A stretch of DNA of 64,000 nt, taken from the IMG/VR virus record IMGVR_UViG_3300022752_000021. The stretch is one strand, 5' to 3'. Shown in pieces: positions 28,172 through 38,739 of this stretch (positions are counted from its first letter, which is position 1; every line of letters begins with the position of its first letter). A model generated the notes under the pieces. It worked only from the letters and a program-made list of their open reading frames with translations, was not told the origin of the DNA and searched no databases. The position numbers and the translations under genes are program-made. Source of the stretch: a virus.

Positions 28172-29895
28172 CGATTGATCCTACTAAAATTGTTTTTCTT
28201 ACTGAACGTGAGAACTTCTTGAAACTTATCTGTGAGTTGATCTGTCTTGTGTGAGATGACGAATATGTTGCATCTCTTGCCAAGACTCTTGATAAGTTTC
28301 ATAAACTCATCCATCCCTGTTGAGTCAAGGCTTGAATCAAATACCTCATCAAGAACTAAAAGGTTGCAGTTGGTACTGTTCTTCAGCCTTGCAACCTCTC
28401 TCCATGCAAGCAATAGTGCCAAATCAATACGCATCTTCTCACCTTCACTGAAGGAAGCGTATGTGAACTCATCACGATGCCTCGACTTAATCGTCTCTCC
28501 AAAGTTTTCATCAAGATTGAACTGCACGAAGAAGTCCATACACGCAAGGTAGTGATTTATCAACTTATTCATGATAGGAAGATAGTGCTTGATGATCCGT
28601 GTCTTGATTCCACTATCCTTCAAGACTGTCTGTGCGGAGGAAAGAAGTTTCTGTTCTTCTTGTTTCTCATCATAATGCTTTTTACTGTCTTCCCACTTTT
28701 GTTCAAGTTCATCAAGAATATCTTGTTCGGTCGTAAGGCTTTGCTGCGACTTCTTGATTTTTTCTATATCAGCATTGAGTCGCTCAATCATCTTCTCTGC
28801 AACGGCTAGTTTTTGTCTGTGTTCATTTAGAACAGACAGAAACTTTTCATATTCATTCTCGACGTTATCCAACTTGTTATCTGTGATGAACTTTCTTTCA
28901 GAAGCAATACGAGATTCTACATCAAGAAGTGCCTTTCGAATCTCCTCTGTCTTTTCCTTCTTGACCACAATCTCTTTCTGACGATGTTCTTCTGTGAGAG
29001 ACTGTCCGCAGGATGGACAGGGAACATCTTTTGTAGTCACAAGAATAGATGTTTCTTCAACAAGAATATTGAACTTATTTTCAAGAGTGTTTTTGATCTT
29101 GGTCATGTCGCTGATGGCTTGTTCCTTCTTGCGACGAAGATCTCGGTTCTTTCCAAGCACAGACAATACATTTCCACCCTTGGCGACAATCGCTGAAAGC
29201 GAATCCCGAACCTTTTCGTTATTTCGGATCTCTTCTTCAAGACCCTCAAGTGAAGATCGACTCTTCTCCTCAAGTACTTCAAGATACTTTCTCTGCGTCT
29301 CTTTCTTGTTCTCAAGGATTTCGACAGATGTCTCACATGTACGCAAATCATCCTTGTTGGATGAAATCCTATCCTTCAAAACAACATTCATCGAAGAAAA
29401 CACACCGATGTCCAATAGTGATTCGACAATGGCTCGTCTATCTGCCGCTGGTAATCTCATGAAAGGAACATAGTTTGTTGAGCCAAGAATCACAACTTGG
29501 CAGAAAGCCTTGTAGGACATCTTGAGGATTTGTTCCTCAAACATTTTCTGATAGTCCTTTGACTTCGAATCTTGATCCAAAAGTTTGTCGTCTTTATGGA
29601 TCTCAAATATCTTTGGGTTCAAACCACGACGAACAAGATATTTGGTATTGCCAACATGGAACTCACACTCAACAAGACAATCCTTGTTGTTGATGCTGTT
29701 TGGCAGTTGTGGGATGTTTATGTTGCGAAACGGCTTACCGAATAAACAAAAGGTAAGTGCGTCGAGGAATGTGGTCTTACCCGCGCCGTTCTCACCACAG
29801 ATCAGAGTCATCTCTGTTTTGGCGAGGTTCAACTGCGTGAAGTAATTGCCGTATGAAAGAAAGTTTTTCCAACGAATGCTATCAAAGACTAACAT
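28168..29895 (-). CDS. gp46: Rad50/SbcC-like recombination ATPase
   Basis: WKNFLSYGN, GENGAGKTT, Zn hook CPSC, FSEGEKMRID, LDEVFDSSLD, ISHK. Confidence 0.97.
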   Translation of the reverse strand: MLVFDSIRWKNFLSYGNYFTQLNLAKTEMTLICGENGAGKTTFLDALTFCLFGKPFRNINIPQLPNSINNKDCLVECEFHVGNTKYLVRRGLNPKIFEIHKDDKLLDQDSKSKDYQKMFEEQILKMSYKAFCQVVILGSTNYVPFMRLPAADRRAIVESLLDIGVFSSMNVVLKDRISSNKDDLRTCETSVEILENKKETQRKYLEVLEEKSRSSLEGLEEEIRNNEKVRDSLSAIVAKGGNVLSVLGKNRDLRRKKEQAISDMTKIKNTLENKFNILVEETSILVTTKDVPCPSCGQSLTEEHRQKEIVVKKEKTEEIRKALLDVESRIASERKFITDNKLDNVENEYEKFLSVLNEHRQKLAVAEKMIERLNADIEKIKKSQQSLTTEQDILDELEQKWEDSKKHYDEKQEEQKLLSSAQTVLKDSGIKTRIIKHYLPIMNKLINHYLACMDFFVQFNLDENFGETIKSRHRDEFTYASFSEGEKMRIDLALLLAWREVARLKNSTNCNLLVLDEVFDSSLDSTGMDEFMKLIKSLGKRCNIFVISHKTDQLTDKFQEVLTFSKKNNFSRINR

Positions 29896-29910
29896 TGCTC
29901 ACTCCATCTG

Positions 29911-29918
29911 TATTTATA
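29911..29918 (-). promoter_or_regulatory. T4 late promoter consensus TATAAATA upstream of gp46
   Basis: Exact TATAAATA followed by GGAG SD. Related NNTA(A/C)ATA boxes precede gp18, gp19, gp22, gp3, uvsW, regA, 39770, 3401 and 2192. Confidence 0.65.
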
Positions 29919-30435
29919 CAGCCACTTCAAGACCAATCATCGGATTTTTTTGTTCAAACCAAGCAGGAACATTTCCAAACTTCCACTTGGCAAATCTAGC
30001 CTTCTCACCAAGGTAATATTGGCGATAAGCAACAACAGCATCCTCATGCTTGTACTGATCAGGCATTGCCTGTGCAAATGGAGTCAGTTTGTTGTTGTGA
30101 ATGATGTTTGTAGGAACGTGTTTACAGAACCAACAAGTCATCTCAAATGCCTTGTGGGTCTTTTTGTATCGGTTTGTGTATTCACAAGAAAGTGCATGTG
30201 TATGATGTGCAAGCCACATGTAGTTTTCAACTGAATGTCTTGCCCACACCGTGCATGGGTGATTCATGAATGACATTTTATAGAGATCGACGGGAGCGTA
30301 AACAACATGACTCCCTGCCATGCGGTGGATTGTAGAGAGCATCTGACAACCCTCTACAATCATCTTGACTACATGTTTGTCGCACATATTAATTGCTGCG
30401 AGCAGTGGATCACGATTCAATACGAAGATGTTCAT
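29914..30435 (-). CDS. Pyrimidine-dimer DNA glycosylase (DenV-like family)
   Basis: MNIFVL..DP..AA...CDKHVVKMIVE..QMLST, NHPCT.W, EY..RY.K.H, FAQAMP..YK..D.V.AYR.YY. Confidence 0.82.
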   Translation of the reverse strand: MNIFVLNRDPLLAAINMCDKHVVKMIVEGCQMLSTIHRMAGSHVVYAPVDLYKMSFMNHPCTVWARHSVENYMWLAHHTHALSCEYTNRYKKTHKAFEMTCWFCKHVPTNIIHNNKLTPFAQAMPDQYKHEDAVVAYRQYYLGEKARFAKWKFGNVPAWFEQKNPMIGLEVAV

Positions 30436-30441
30436 ACTGAA

Positions 30442-30470
30442 AATGTACTACAATATAACCACGCTGTCAA
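30442..30470 (-). promoter_or_regulatory. Sigma70-type promoter, probably leaderless
   Basis: TTGACA-N17-TACATT-N6-ATG. Confidence 0.6.
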
Positions 30471-30473
30471 GAT

Positions 30474-33400
30474 TTATGATGGAGAAATTTTAAATCTTAC
30501 ATCAGCGTGCATTCCTATATTATTCACATAAACTTTCCAACGATCAGATACAGAATCGTATCTGAACGCAATGTGTTCAGCATTCAAACCATCAGCCTCT
30601 GATGCTATTGGAGTTGTTGCTATTTCCTCATGAGCAAGATCATTTGGTTCATTTTCTTGATCGATGTAGAACTTGTGTGCCGATTCAATTTTGAACGTGG
30701 ATGGAAGTTCTATAGACAACATGCAAGACCAGTATCTTCCATTATAGCCACCAACCAAAGGCTTGCCCCAATAAAATTCTCTTTCAGGATAGAACATACT
30801 GGCAGTAGCACCAGTTGCACCACCAAGGGGCCAGGGAACGCCGCTGTTTGGATCTGGATTGCTTGGCAATGCATTGTATTCGGATCTCCAGTTTGGTCCA
30901 TATCCCCAAAGATCAATATCCAACACACCATTCAATTTTGGATTTGTGCTTTGTAGATTTGGAACTGTAGTTGGATCAAGTTCATTAAATCTTTTTGAGT
31001 AATTAGCACCTTGCCCACCAATACCATTCTTTCTGTCATCCAGCCAATTCATATCATTGAGTAAATGAACCCCTATAACAAACGAATCGTTTTTATCAAC
31101 ATTAGAATAACGCCACCACGACGAGCATTTTGCTTTGGTCAAGTCAAACGTAGGCTTTTCCGCTGGATTATTTGCATCATATTCATAACTTGTTATGGTT
31201 CCAAACGCAGGAGGTATTCCACCAACTTCTAATATCTTATTAAGCAACTTTTGCTTTTCAGAATCTCGCGAATCTAAATCATAAAACCGACCCTTCAATC
31301 TTGGATCATCCGCATCATATTGAGCGGTTCCTCCAAATACTTCGTCCATATACAGTACCTTACCACCCGATGCTTCAAACTCAGCAAGTTTTGTTGCAAG
31401 ACTTTCTGTTATAAATTCTCGGTGAGGAATAACAATTATACCTAGACCCGTCAACTCATTATTTTCTAGTTGAATATTTTGCAATAATGAGTATGGAATC
31501 ATATTACTCTCACACACCTCAACACAACCAGCGATGGGGTGATAGTATTGACCAAAATTTTGACCAATGCTGTTTGTTTTATAGGTGTAATTACTGCCAG
31601 CCCCATTAGTTAATTCTGGTTCTAAATGCTGTTTGATATATCTAAATCCAGCATCAGCAAAATTACCCATGTAATTAGTTGTGGGTAATATAGTTCCTCT
31701 TGGCGGCATGTGTATACCAAGCCAACAGTATGGTTTCTTAAACTCAAACGGCAGTTGGCTATTTTGTATAATTTCCTTATACTTTCTATGGTGATACATC
31801 ATTTTTCTATACCAACTATAGTTTGGTCGTGGAACCTGACCACCTCCAATACGAACTGGATTATAGTATGCGTCACCTGTTGTCCCTGCATCATTTCTGC
31901 TTACATCCCCCAGCCATCCAATACTTGATAACGCGAATGTGGTAAATGAATTACCAACCACTAAATTCTTTTGATACTTACCCCTCAAATATCCAACAAT
32001 ACAATCTTCGCGTCCCCATCCTGATGTGAGGAAGAAGTATCCACCACTTGGATATTTGAGATAATCTAGAGTATTGAATGTTTCAGCATCATTGACAGCA
32101 CCCGTACTCCCAACAGGAAGTTGGTTTATAAAAGCAGAAGTCATTTCATGCCAACTATAAGATGCCTTAAAATCAGCCATGTAGTCTGTTTTATACTGAA
32201 TATTAAACATAGTGTTTGCATCTGGCACATTTATATCAGCATATGCCTTCTCCGCATCTTTAGTTCCTGCAAGAACACTTATTGGTGGATTGTTCCCTTG
32301 ATTTGCACCAGGTAAAGTCATGTCAAGATATTCTTGTGGACTGTAAAACGAACTTCGTGGACGAAGCCTATTCAAACTTCTAGGCTCAACCATATGTTCA
32401 GTTTTCTTACCCTGAGCGTAACGACCCAAAATTTCGTGTTGTGTTATTTGCGCTCTGTGTATTTGCAAATCGTTTGCTGGTAAGAACACACCATTGCCGT
32501 AACTTGCTGTCTCAACTGCCAATGCCAATTCTTTTATGATGTTATTATATTCTTCTATAAGCACATCATTATATTCAAGAATGTTATTCTTTTGTGTGTC
32601 CGTAATATTTGGGTTGTTCATAAGATCAAATGTGGCAGTTCCTTCTTGATCACCATATCGATACATCCAAGTAGTTCCACGAAGAACACCCATTGTAAGA
32701 CCAGAATCTGGGAATGGGAAATTATTTTCCGTGAATGCCCATGTGATGTAAGCGGCATCTGTGCGACCAGCATAACCTTTATGCTTTGCCCAAATGTCTA
32801 TGGCATAATCAGAAAAATCTATAGCCTCATCATGAACAAAATTATAATCCCATTGCAATGCATCAATACCAAGACCACCCTCGCTTTGAGGTCTTACAGT
32901 TTCTTCCATAACCTCTTTCAGCACCCTCTTATATTCAGGATTAAAAATTGTTCTCGGAACAATGTTATTGATATAGTATCTTTGTGGGTATCCCGTTATT
33001 GCCTTTGCTTCGGGATAGAATGTTCTATTTAAACCAAGGAACATTGGTTTAAAATACGCCAACACCTTTATGCCACGTTCATGTGCGAGATTGACAGTTG
33101 GTCTTACCAAATCAAGATTTGGACAACGATCAAGCATAACAGTATGACCAATTGCTGTCATACCAGAAGGAGTCATAATTTGAACATTCGATCTCCACAA
33201 AAGCGGTTGCTCTAAAACTTCAAACAAAGAAAATTCTAGTATGTCTGGTTTGTATTTTGCATAAACATCATACTTTCTAGTACTAGCAAAATATTTGTTG
33301 AATGCTGCAATAACACGTTGTTCTTCTGTAGCACCGTTTTCTCTATAGTAACTATTTGCTGGTCTATATTTAAATTCAGCGAGATCACTGACATATGTTA

Positions 33401-36400
33401 TTCCAGGAGAGAAGTTAAACGGTCTTGAACCAGTAACAGTTCGTGGATTATTTGGTGGGTCGAGTGGGTAATCTTGGAACATGGTTGTTTCATAGAATAC
33501 TTCCGAAGTATTACCCAAATTTGCTTCGTAAATATTTTTCATCTGCCTATAGTCACCATCAATACCCATTCCGAATGTAGATTTATTGAACCATGTTGGT
33601 TGGTTTATAATTGCTGGACTACTAAATTCATTGCCAAAGAAGAAAGACTGTACTACGCCAGATTCATATTGTGGTTTACCATATGATGCTGGTGCCTCAA
33701 GCCAAACCCCACGACTTCCATTTGGAATCAAAATAGTTTGAGGAAGTTCGCTTTGTTCATCACTTGTTCTAGTAATATAATTTCTAAATGGTGGGACAGT
33801 TATTCTCCAAAGCCGTTTATTCGGATCATTGGTGTATGCTCCACTTATTACTAGATTTCGCCCAGCCTGATATAGATCTATACGATCAACCGTTCCACCT
33901 GTTGCTCCTGTGTAATCACATGGGGTGCCAACAACATTTCCGCTAATATTTTTCCACTCAACCAAAGCATCATTTACAACACCCATTTCTCCAGGTTCAG
34001 TTGCTGCGGAATTGAAAACTATGAAGTAGTTAACGCCAGATAGACAACTGTGTAAGATATTTTCTTTGATATATTCTCTTGCATATTCTCCAACATACCT
34101 AGACAGCGAAATATTCGATGCTTCGTTAGGAACGGTTAATACATTGAATCCTTCTTGCGGTGCCGTAGGACGAGATCTCAATATACCACGAATAACTTTT
34201 TGATCTGCGATGAATGCTTGATATGCATGGTTGCCAAATGTTATACCACCATTATGCCAACCAAGATCTTTACCATATCTCTCCGCATCTGTTTTTGGTT
34301 CTGTTGGCGGATATCCGTAATCATCCACCAAATAATCTTCAAGTCGCCCATATGCGGTGTGTGAATGACCGTTATATTTTAACTTATATGGTTTGATTAC
34401 CATAAATCCACCAGAATCCACAGCATAGCGAGCCTCATTTGTGTTCAAAACATGTGATTCTGAAGAAGTTACTTTTGTGTTTTCAAAACCAGGAGTGGTC
34501 TTTAACGTCTCTCCAATTATTTTGCCTTTCAAATCACCAAGGCAGAAAGTGTAATTAGTGGCATTCCATGCATGGAATGTCCTTATGGTATCCGCATTGC
34601 TATATGGATTCTTAAAATCATTTCGATCCGAAACATCCGTGTAATACGAAAGTATTTGTTCTGCACTTGCCCCACAAGCACCAAATCCTTCCAACACCAT
34701 CAATTCATTATAAATGTCCTTGAAATCTTGCGCCCAAGTTTTAGAATTCGTTTCGTTAGTAATTCCATTAAATCTAGAATCAGAAACGATTGCGGGTGTT
34801 GAGCGAGCATCGGGAATAAATTTAAAACTGTTACTACCACTTGCAAAATTTGTTAAGGCTGTGTCAGCAGCAGCACCTGTTCCAAAACTAGTCAAAAAAC
34901 TAGAGGTCAAACTGAAATTGTCCACTGAAGTTTCATTGTCATCATGAAGATACTTAAATTGTACTCCATTATACAAGCACTGTGTCAAAAAATTACTAAA
35001 CGAATCTTTAGCAACACTTCTATTTTCATATGCCCACGGTGTCATGTATCTAAGCGGATTTGTGTCACCATATTGCCACGTCCCACCATAATCTGTGCTA
35101 AGGAATGTTATACCAGTTGCGTTTCCTGTATAGGTAGTGCCATCAGCAAGACGCTTGAAATAATAGTGTGGTTCACGATGAGTTCCCGCAGGACCATCCA
35201 ATAGCCAATATCTTGGTAAGACTACTCTCCGCTCCACAGGTATCTCTGCACAAAGGTTTTTAAACCCTTCAAAATGGGTTGCTGTAAGACCAGAAGTATT
35301 TCCTGGACCCCCATTTTCATATCTGAAATAATTTTCGTTTACTGTTGGAGAGGTAAAATTGTTTGGGTGAATGAGGGGAACGATTGATGGGTATAAAGAT
35401 TGACCGTCAGCACCAGTATTAGCATGACTCCATGATGCAGCAAACACCGCGAAGTCTAATGCTCTGAAGAATCCCGTTCTTGACGTATCTGGTGGATCAA
35501 TCAACCCGTTGACAAGTTCATCATGGAGTTCGTTGAAATACAACGAGTCAAGACCTTCTGTTATTCCACCCTTCATGCAAGCATAAAGAAGTTCGAACTC
35601 AGATGTACGAGCAATTCCAGTCCAGAAATTTTGTGGTGGTTTTGTTGGGGTTCTACGATTTGGATAGGGGAAGTTTGAAACAACTGCTCCTCTGTTATTC
35701 GCCTCCATATCTGGCTCAAACAAAACGCTTAAAGTTTTATCGTACCAACCAGATCGATTCAAGTGATTGTAATAACCAACGCCATCGTGGAAATGATCCA
35801 AGATACTCATATTCAATGCCAACATTGTTGGATAGAGATAGAATAAACGGAATCGTCTGTCGTGTATCCATGGAACACCCTCATTGATATTATTGTTGAA
35901 TACAGTTCCAGGAACTCTCTTCCACTTTATATCTCCATCGTTTTCAACTTCAATGAATGTATTATAGAAGCATGAGAATGCACTCATTGCAGACTTGTTA
36001 GTATCCGCAAGTTCTTGTGGAGTGCATGATGCAAATATCTCACCTAGTTGACTGCTTCCACAAACACCCATACCCCATATGGAGTTTGAATATGTCGTAC
36101 CCCATTTTCTCTGCCCCAGCAACATGTCGTGTGCGGAAGTGAAAAGATCATTTGCTTTGTCAGAGTCCAAACACCAGTGTCTTGGATTTACATCGTCTAT
36201 AGATCTTCGTTGATCATTTCTATTGGGATCATTTAGCCCAACATCGTCCTTAAACATGTATTGTGCAAATCGCTCAACACCAAGAACAACCCCCTTGTCG
36301 GCATTAGTGGAGTTTCCAAAGGTGTAATTGTATTGATCTCTTGCCCATTCAACTGGAATATTTTCAGCGTAACTAATACCATTCGTTAAATTTGTCCACA

Positions 36401-37850
36401 GAGTGTATCCAGGGTCTTGCCACTTGTGATATGTCCTCTCTATGACCGCACTTGCATCCATAACAACCCGAGCAAAGCCGTCGAATGGAGACTTGAATTT
36501 TTCCTTCCAGTGAGAGACAGATGCATCAAGTCTCCACTTAAAGTAGTTCTTATTTCCAACAAGTGTTGGGTCTTTGTATAGAGCAAATGGAATACGCATC
36601 TCAAAACCTGTTCCGTAAGGAAGGCATCCAAGATATGCAATGAATTCCATAGAGTTGCCCCATGTCTCTGAAAGTTGATTCAGAGATTCAAGAAGCCGTT
36701 CTCCGTATCCATAAGAAATTCCCGCCACATCTGTCATTGGCGATTTTGCAACAAGTTCCGAAAGGTTTTGTGGATCAGACGGGAATGTATCACCATTGAA
36801 CATGATAAGACTATCATAGTGGAAGCAAAGTCCAGCCCGTTCATTTGCATTTCCCCACCACGACGAAAATGTGAGTGCATTTGGGAATCTGATCCAAGGC
36901 GATCCAACTAACACTCTGTCAGCAGAGTAACCTCCACCAGTTCTTCCGTAATCATTGAATGGCACTATTGATATTGTACCAGCATCAAAGCAAATGCCTC
37001 TATAGAGGGTATTCAAATGAATGTCTGTAATCCCATCTACAACTACACCAAGTTCAGCAGTTCGACCAACCGTATGATCCGAAAGAAGATCTCTTACTGT
37101 TGTATTTTCTCGCAACATAAGATACATGTCGAACTGAAATGATTCTGCTGTATATCTGTCACTCAACCATGGATATCGTCTCCAATTTCCAGCGAGACTA
37201 TTCATTGGTCCATTGAAGTTTCCATATGGACTATGCAGTAAAGAACGACGAATGCAATTGTCGTAGTTTGCACTAAACCCCATGTGGATTTGATAGGGCA
37301 AGGAATTGCCAGGATACCAATCAAACTTTGGGTGATATCCAAAGAAAGCATTTCCACCATTGAATAAAAAATCCTGAGCGTAAATACCATTCAGATTGTA
37401 CTGAACAAATTTGTTTGATGCTCTCTGTGGGCTTCTTGCCCGTTCAAACTTCTTGTATGCAGAACGAACAGCAGACGCAAAATCCTTTGGGTGTGTCAGC
37501 GGATCAAACCAACCTTCATCCCCATTGGTTGTATAATTGAAGGCAGTTTCAACCGTTCCACCCAAAGTTAGTGGATTTAGACCACTTGAAATCCCAAGCA
37601 GTTGCATTGTGGCGACTTTACCTAAATTTGCAGTAGCAGCAGACCAACCAGGTTCATATCTGTTTATAAGATAATTAAAAACTCTATTGAATTTTTCTTG
37701 AAACTCTATAGTTGGACCTTGTGTGATAATAATTGGAGTTCTAGTTCCTTGTTCAAATATAGAACTCTGCGAGGAGTTTACTCCTGTCAGTTTAGCGTTT
37801 GTCAACTTAACCTTGTAGTTATTCAGAACTCGTATATTCGTTATCTTCAT
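30474..37850 (-). CDS. 2458-aa multidomain protein, probably virion-associated, with a C-terminal glycoside-hydrolase-like module
   Basis: Uninterrupted ORF. LAHERGIKVLAYF...GIDALQWD...DFS (TIM-barrel GH-like), then IPYSLL...IIVIP......LAEF..SGGKVLY (GH42 trimerisation-like). The ORF is certain; the function is tentative. Confidence 0.6.
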   Translation of the reverse strand: MKITNIRVLNNYKVKLTNAKLTGVNSSQSSIFEQGTRTPIIITQGPTIEFQEKFNRVFNYLINRYEPGWSAATANLGKVATMQLLGISSGLNPLTLGGTVETAFNYTTNGDEGWFDPLTHPKDFASAVRSAYKKFERARSPQRASNKFVQYNLNGIYAQDFLFNGGNAFFGYHPKFDWYPGNSLPYQIHMGFSANYDNCIRRSLLHSPYGNFNGPMNSLAGNWRRYPWLSDRYTAESFQFDMYLMLRENTTVRDLLSDHTVGRTAELGVVVDGITDIHLNTLYRGICFDAGTISIVPFNDYGRTGGGYSADRVLVGSPWIRFPNALTFSSWWGNANERAGLCFHYDSLIMFNGDTFPSDPQNLSELVAKSPMTDVAGISYGYGERLLESLNQLSETWGNSMEFIAYLGCLPYGTGFEMRIPFALYKDPTLVGNKNYFKWRLDASVSHWKEKFKSPFDGFARVVMDASAVIERTYHKWQDPGYTLWTNLTNGISYAENIPVEWARDQYNYTFGNSTNADKGVVLGVERFAQYMFKDDVGLNDPNRNDQRRSIDDVNPRHWCLDSDKANDLFTSAHDMLLGQRKWGTTYSNSIWGMGVCGSSQLGEIFASCTPQELADTNKSAMSAFSCFYNTFIEVENDGDIKWKRVPGTVFNNNINEGVPWIHDRRFRLFYLYPTMLALNMSILDHFHDGVGYYNHLNRSGWYDKTLSVLFEPDMEANNRGAVVSNFPYPNRRTPTKPPQNFWTGIARTSEFELLYACMKGGITEGLDSLYFNELHDELVNGLIDPPDTSRTGFFRALDFAVFAASWSHANTGADGQSLYPSIVPLIHPNNFTSPTVNENYFRYENGGPGNTSGLTATHFEGFKNLCAEIPVERRVVLPRYWLLDGPAGTHREPHYYFKRLADGTTYTGNATGITFLSTDYGGTWQYGDTNPLRYMTPWAYENRSVAKDSFSNFLTQCLYNGVQFKYLHDDNETSVDNFSLTSSFLTSFGTGAAADTALTNFASGSNSFKFIPDARSTPAIVSDSRFNGITNETNSKTWAQDFKDIYNELMVLEGFGACGASAEQILSYYTDVSDRNDFKNPYSNADTIRTFHAWNATNYTFCLGDLKGKIIGETLKTTPGFENTKVTSSESHVLNTNEARYAVDSGGFMVIKPYKLKYNGHSHTAYGRLEDYLVDDYGYPPTEPKTDAERYGKDLGWHNGGITFGNHAYQAFIADQKVIRGILRSRPTAPQEGFNVLTVPNEASNISLSRYVGEYAREYIKENILHSCLSGVNYFIVFNSAATEPGEMGVVNDALVEWKNISGNVVGTPCDYTGATGGTVDRIDLYQAGRNLVISGAYTNDPNKRLWRITVPPFRNYITRTSDEQSELPQTILIPNGSRGVWLEAPASYGKPQYESGVVQSFFFGNEFSSPAIINQPTWFNKSTFGMGIDGDYRQMKNIYEANLGNTSEVFYETTMFQDYPLDPPNNPRTVTGSRPFNFSPGITYVSDLAEFKYRPANSYYRENGATEEQRVIAAFNKYFASTRKYDVYAKYKPDILEFSLFEVLEQPLLWRSNVQIMTPSGMTAIGHTVMLDRCPNLDLVRPTVNLAHERGIKVLAYFKPMFLGLNRTFYPEAKAITGYPQRYYINNIVPRTIFNPEYKRVLKEVMEETVRPQSEGGLGIDALQWDYNFVHDEAIDFSDYAIDIWAKHKGYAGRTDAAYITWAFTENNFPFPDSGLTMGVLRGTTWMYRYGDQEGTATFDLMNNPNITDTQKNNILEYNDVLIEEYNNIIKELALAVETASYGNGVFLPANDLQIHRAQITQHEILGRYAQGKKTEHMVEPRSLNRLRPRSSFYSPQEYLDMTLPGANQGNNPPISVLAGTKDAEKAYADINVPDANTMFNIQYKTDYMADFKASYSWHEMTSAFINQLPVGSTGAVNDAETFNTLDYLKYPSGGYFFLTSGWGREDCIVGYLRGKYQKNLVVGNSFTTFALSSIGWLGDVSRNDAGTTGDAYYNPVRIGGGQVPRPNYSWYRKMMYHHRKYKEIIQNSQLPFEFKKPYCWLGIHMPPRGTILPTTNYMGNFADAGFRYIKQHLEPELTNGAGSNYTYKTNSIGQNFGQYYHPIAGCVEVCESNMIPYSLLQNIQLENNELTGLGIIVIPHREFITESLATKLAEFEASGGKVLYMDEVFGGTAQYDADDPRLKGRFYDLDSRDSEKQKLLNKILEVGGIPPAFGTITSYEYDANNPAEKPTFDLTKAKCSSWWRYSNVDKNDSFVIGVHLLNDMNWLDDRKNGIGGQGANYSKRFNELDPTTVPNLQSTNPKLNGVLDIDLWGYGPNWRSEYNALPSNPDPNSGVPWPLGGATGATASMFYPEREFYWGKPLVGGYNGRYWSCMLSIELPSTFKIESAHKFYIDQENEPNDLAHEEIATTPIASEADGLNAEHIAFRYDSVSDRWKVYVNNIGMHADVRFKISPS

Positions 37851-38296
37851 CTCGTTGACTCCGCTTCAACTTCCATTTTTCCTGAAAGTAATTTGCTTAC
37901 TATTTCCCCACCACTCACATTTTGAACAAGTTCCATATCATAGAAATATCTACCAATTTTGAATTCAGATGTGGTGTCTGCTGTTAGAACAAGTCGCATG
38001 AATCCAGTTGCACCACCAAGGAAGAAAACTCCATCCTGCACAAATCCCTGAGTACTACCTGGTTGAAATGCATAGGTCATCGTTGTTCCAATTGTAAATA
38101 GAATCGGATCACGGTACTTGGACTTTCGAATCTTCATTCGAATCTTGTAGTCATCAACAGAATAAACCATTGTTCCAAACTCGTTTATCTCTGATGTCAG
38201 AAGAGACAACGATTGAAGTTCATCATTGAACACTTGAAACTCAAGCACAAATGTTGATCCTTGTTCAACGGATAGATCAGTATGCAGTGCTGGCAT
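37847..38296 (-). CDS. Virion structural/adaptor protein (Ig-like), paralog 2
   Basis: L.VEQGSTF.L.F...RMKIRK.KY...G.Y.YD.E.V......K.LSGKME.EAE.T, shared with the adjacent gene. Confidence 0.7.
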   Translation of the reverse strand: MPALHTDLSVEQGSTFVLEFQVFNDELQSLSLLTSEINEFGTMVYSVDDYKIRMKIRKSKYRDPILFTIGTTMTYAFQPGSTQGFVQDGVFFLGGATGFMRLVLTADTTSEFKIGRYFYDMELVQNVSGGEIVSKLLSGKMEVEAESTR

Positions 38297-38739
38297 TAGT
38301 TTGTTGCCTCCGCTTCGATTTCCATTTTACCAGACAAAGCCTTAGTGACTTCCGTGCCGCTTCCTTTGGTCTGCACCACTTCAATATCATAGAAATACTT
38401 GCCATATTTCAAAGAAGCAGTTGTATTGGAAGATATGACGAATTTCACTCTACCTTGATTTTCGGAATCAAAGTAGAATCCATCAACAGTGTTACCTTGA
38501 GTGCTTTCGGCGTTACTCTGCAAAACTGCGTTGTATGTTATGCCAAGTATGGGTGTATTTGTTCCATACTTTGTCTTTCTGACTTTCATTCTCATACTCA
38601 CATCTGTTACAGATGCAGTTGTCGTATACTGATTGGTCTGAGTTGTAGTCAATGCAGTATCATCATCTTTCTTCAGATCAAACTGAAGAATGAATGTAGA
38701 ACCCTGCTCAACCAAAAAATCTTGCTCAACTAAAGCCAT
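38296..38739 (-). CDS. Virion structural/adaptor protein (Ig-like), paralog 1
   Basis: Same motifs as 37847-38296; TAATG coupling. Confidence 0.7.
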   Translation of the reverse strand: MALVEQDFLVEQGSTFILQFDLKKDDDTALTTTQTNQYTTTASVTDVSMRMKVRKTKYGTNTPILGITYNAVLQSNAESTQGNTVDGFYFDSENQGRVKFVISSNTTASLKYGKYFYDIEVVQTKGSGTEVTKALSGKMEIEAEATN

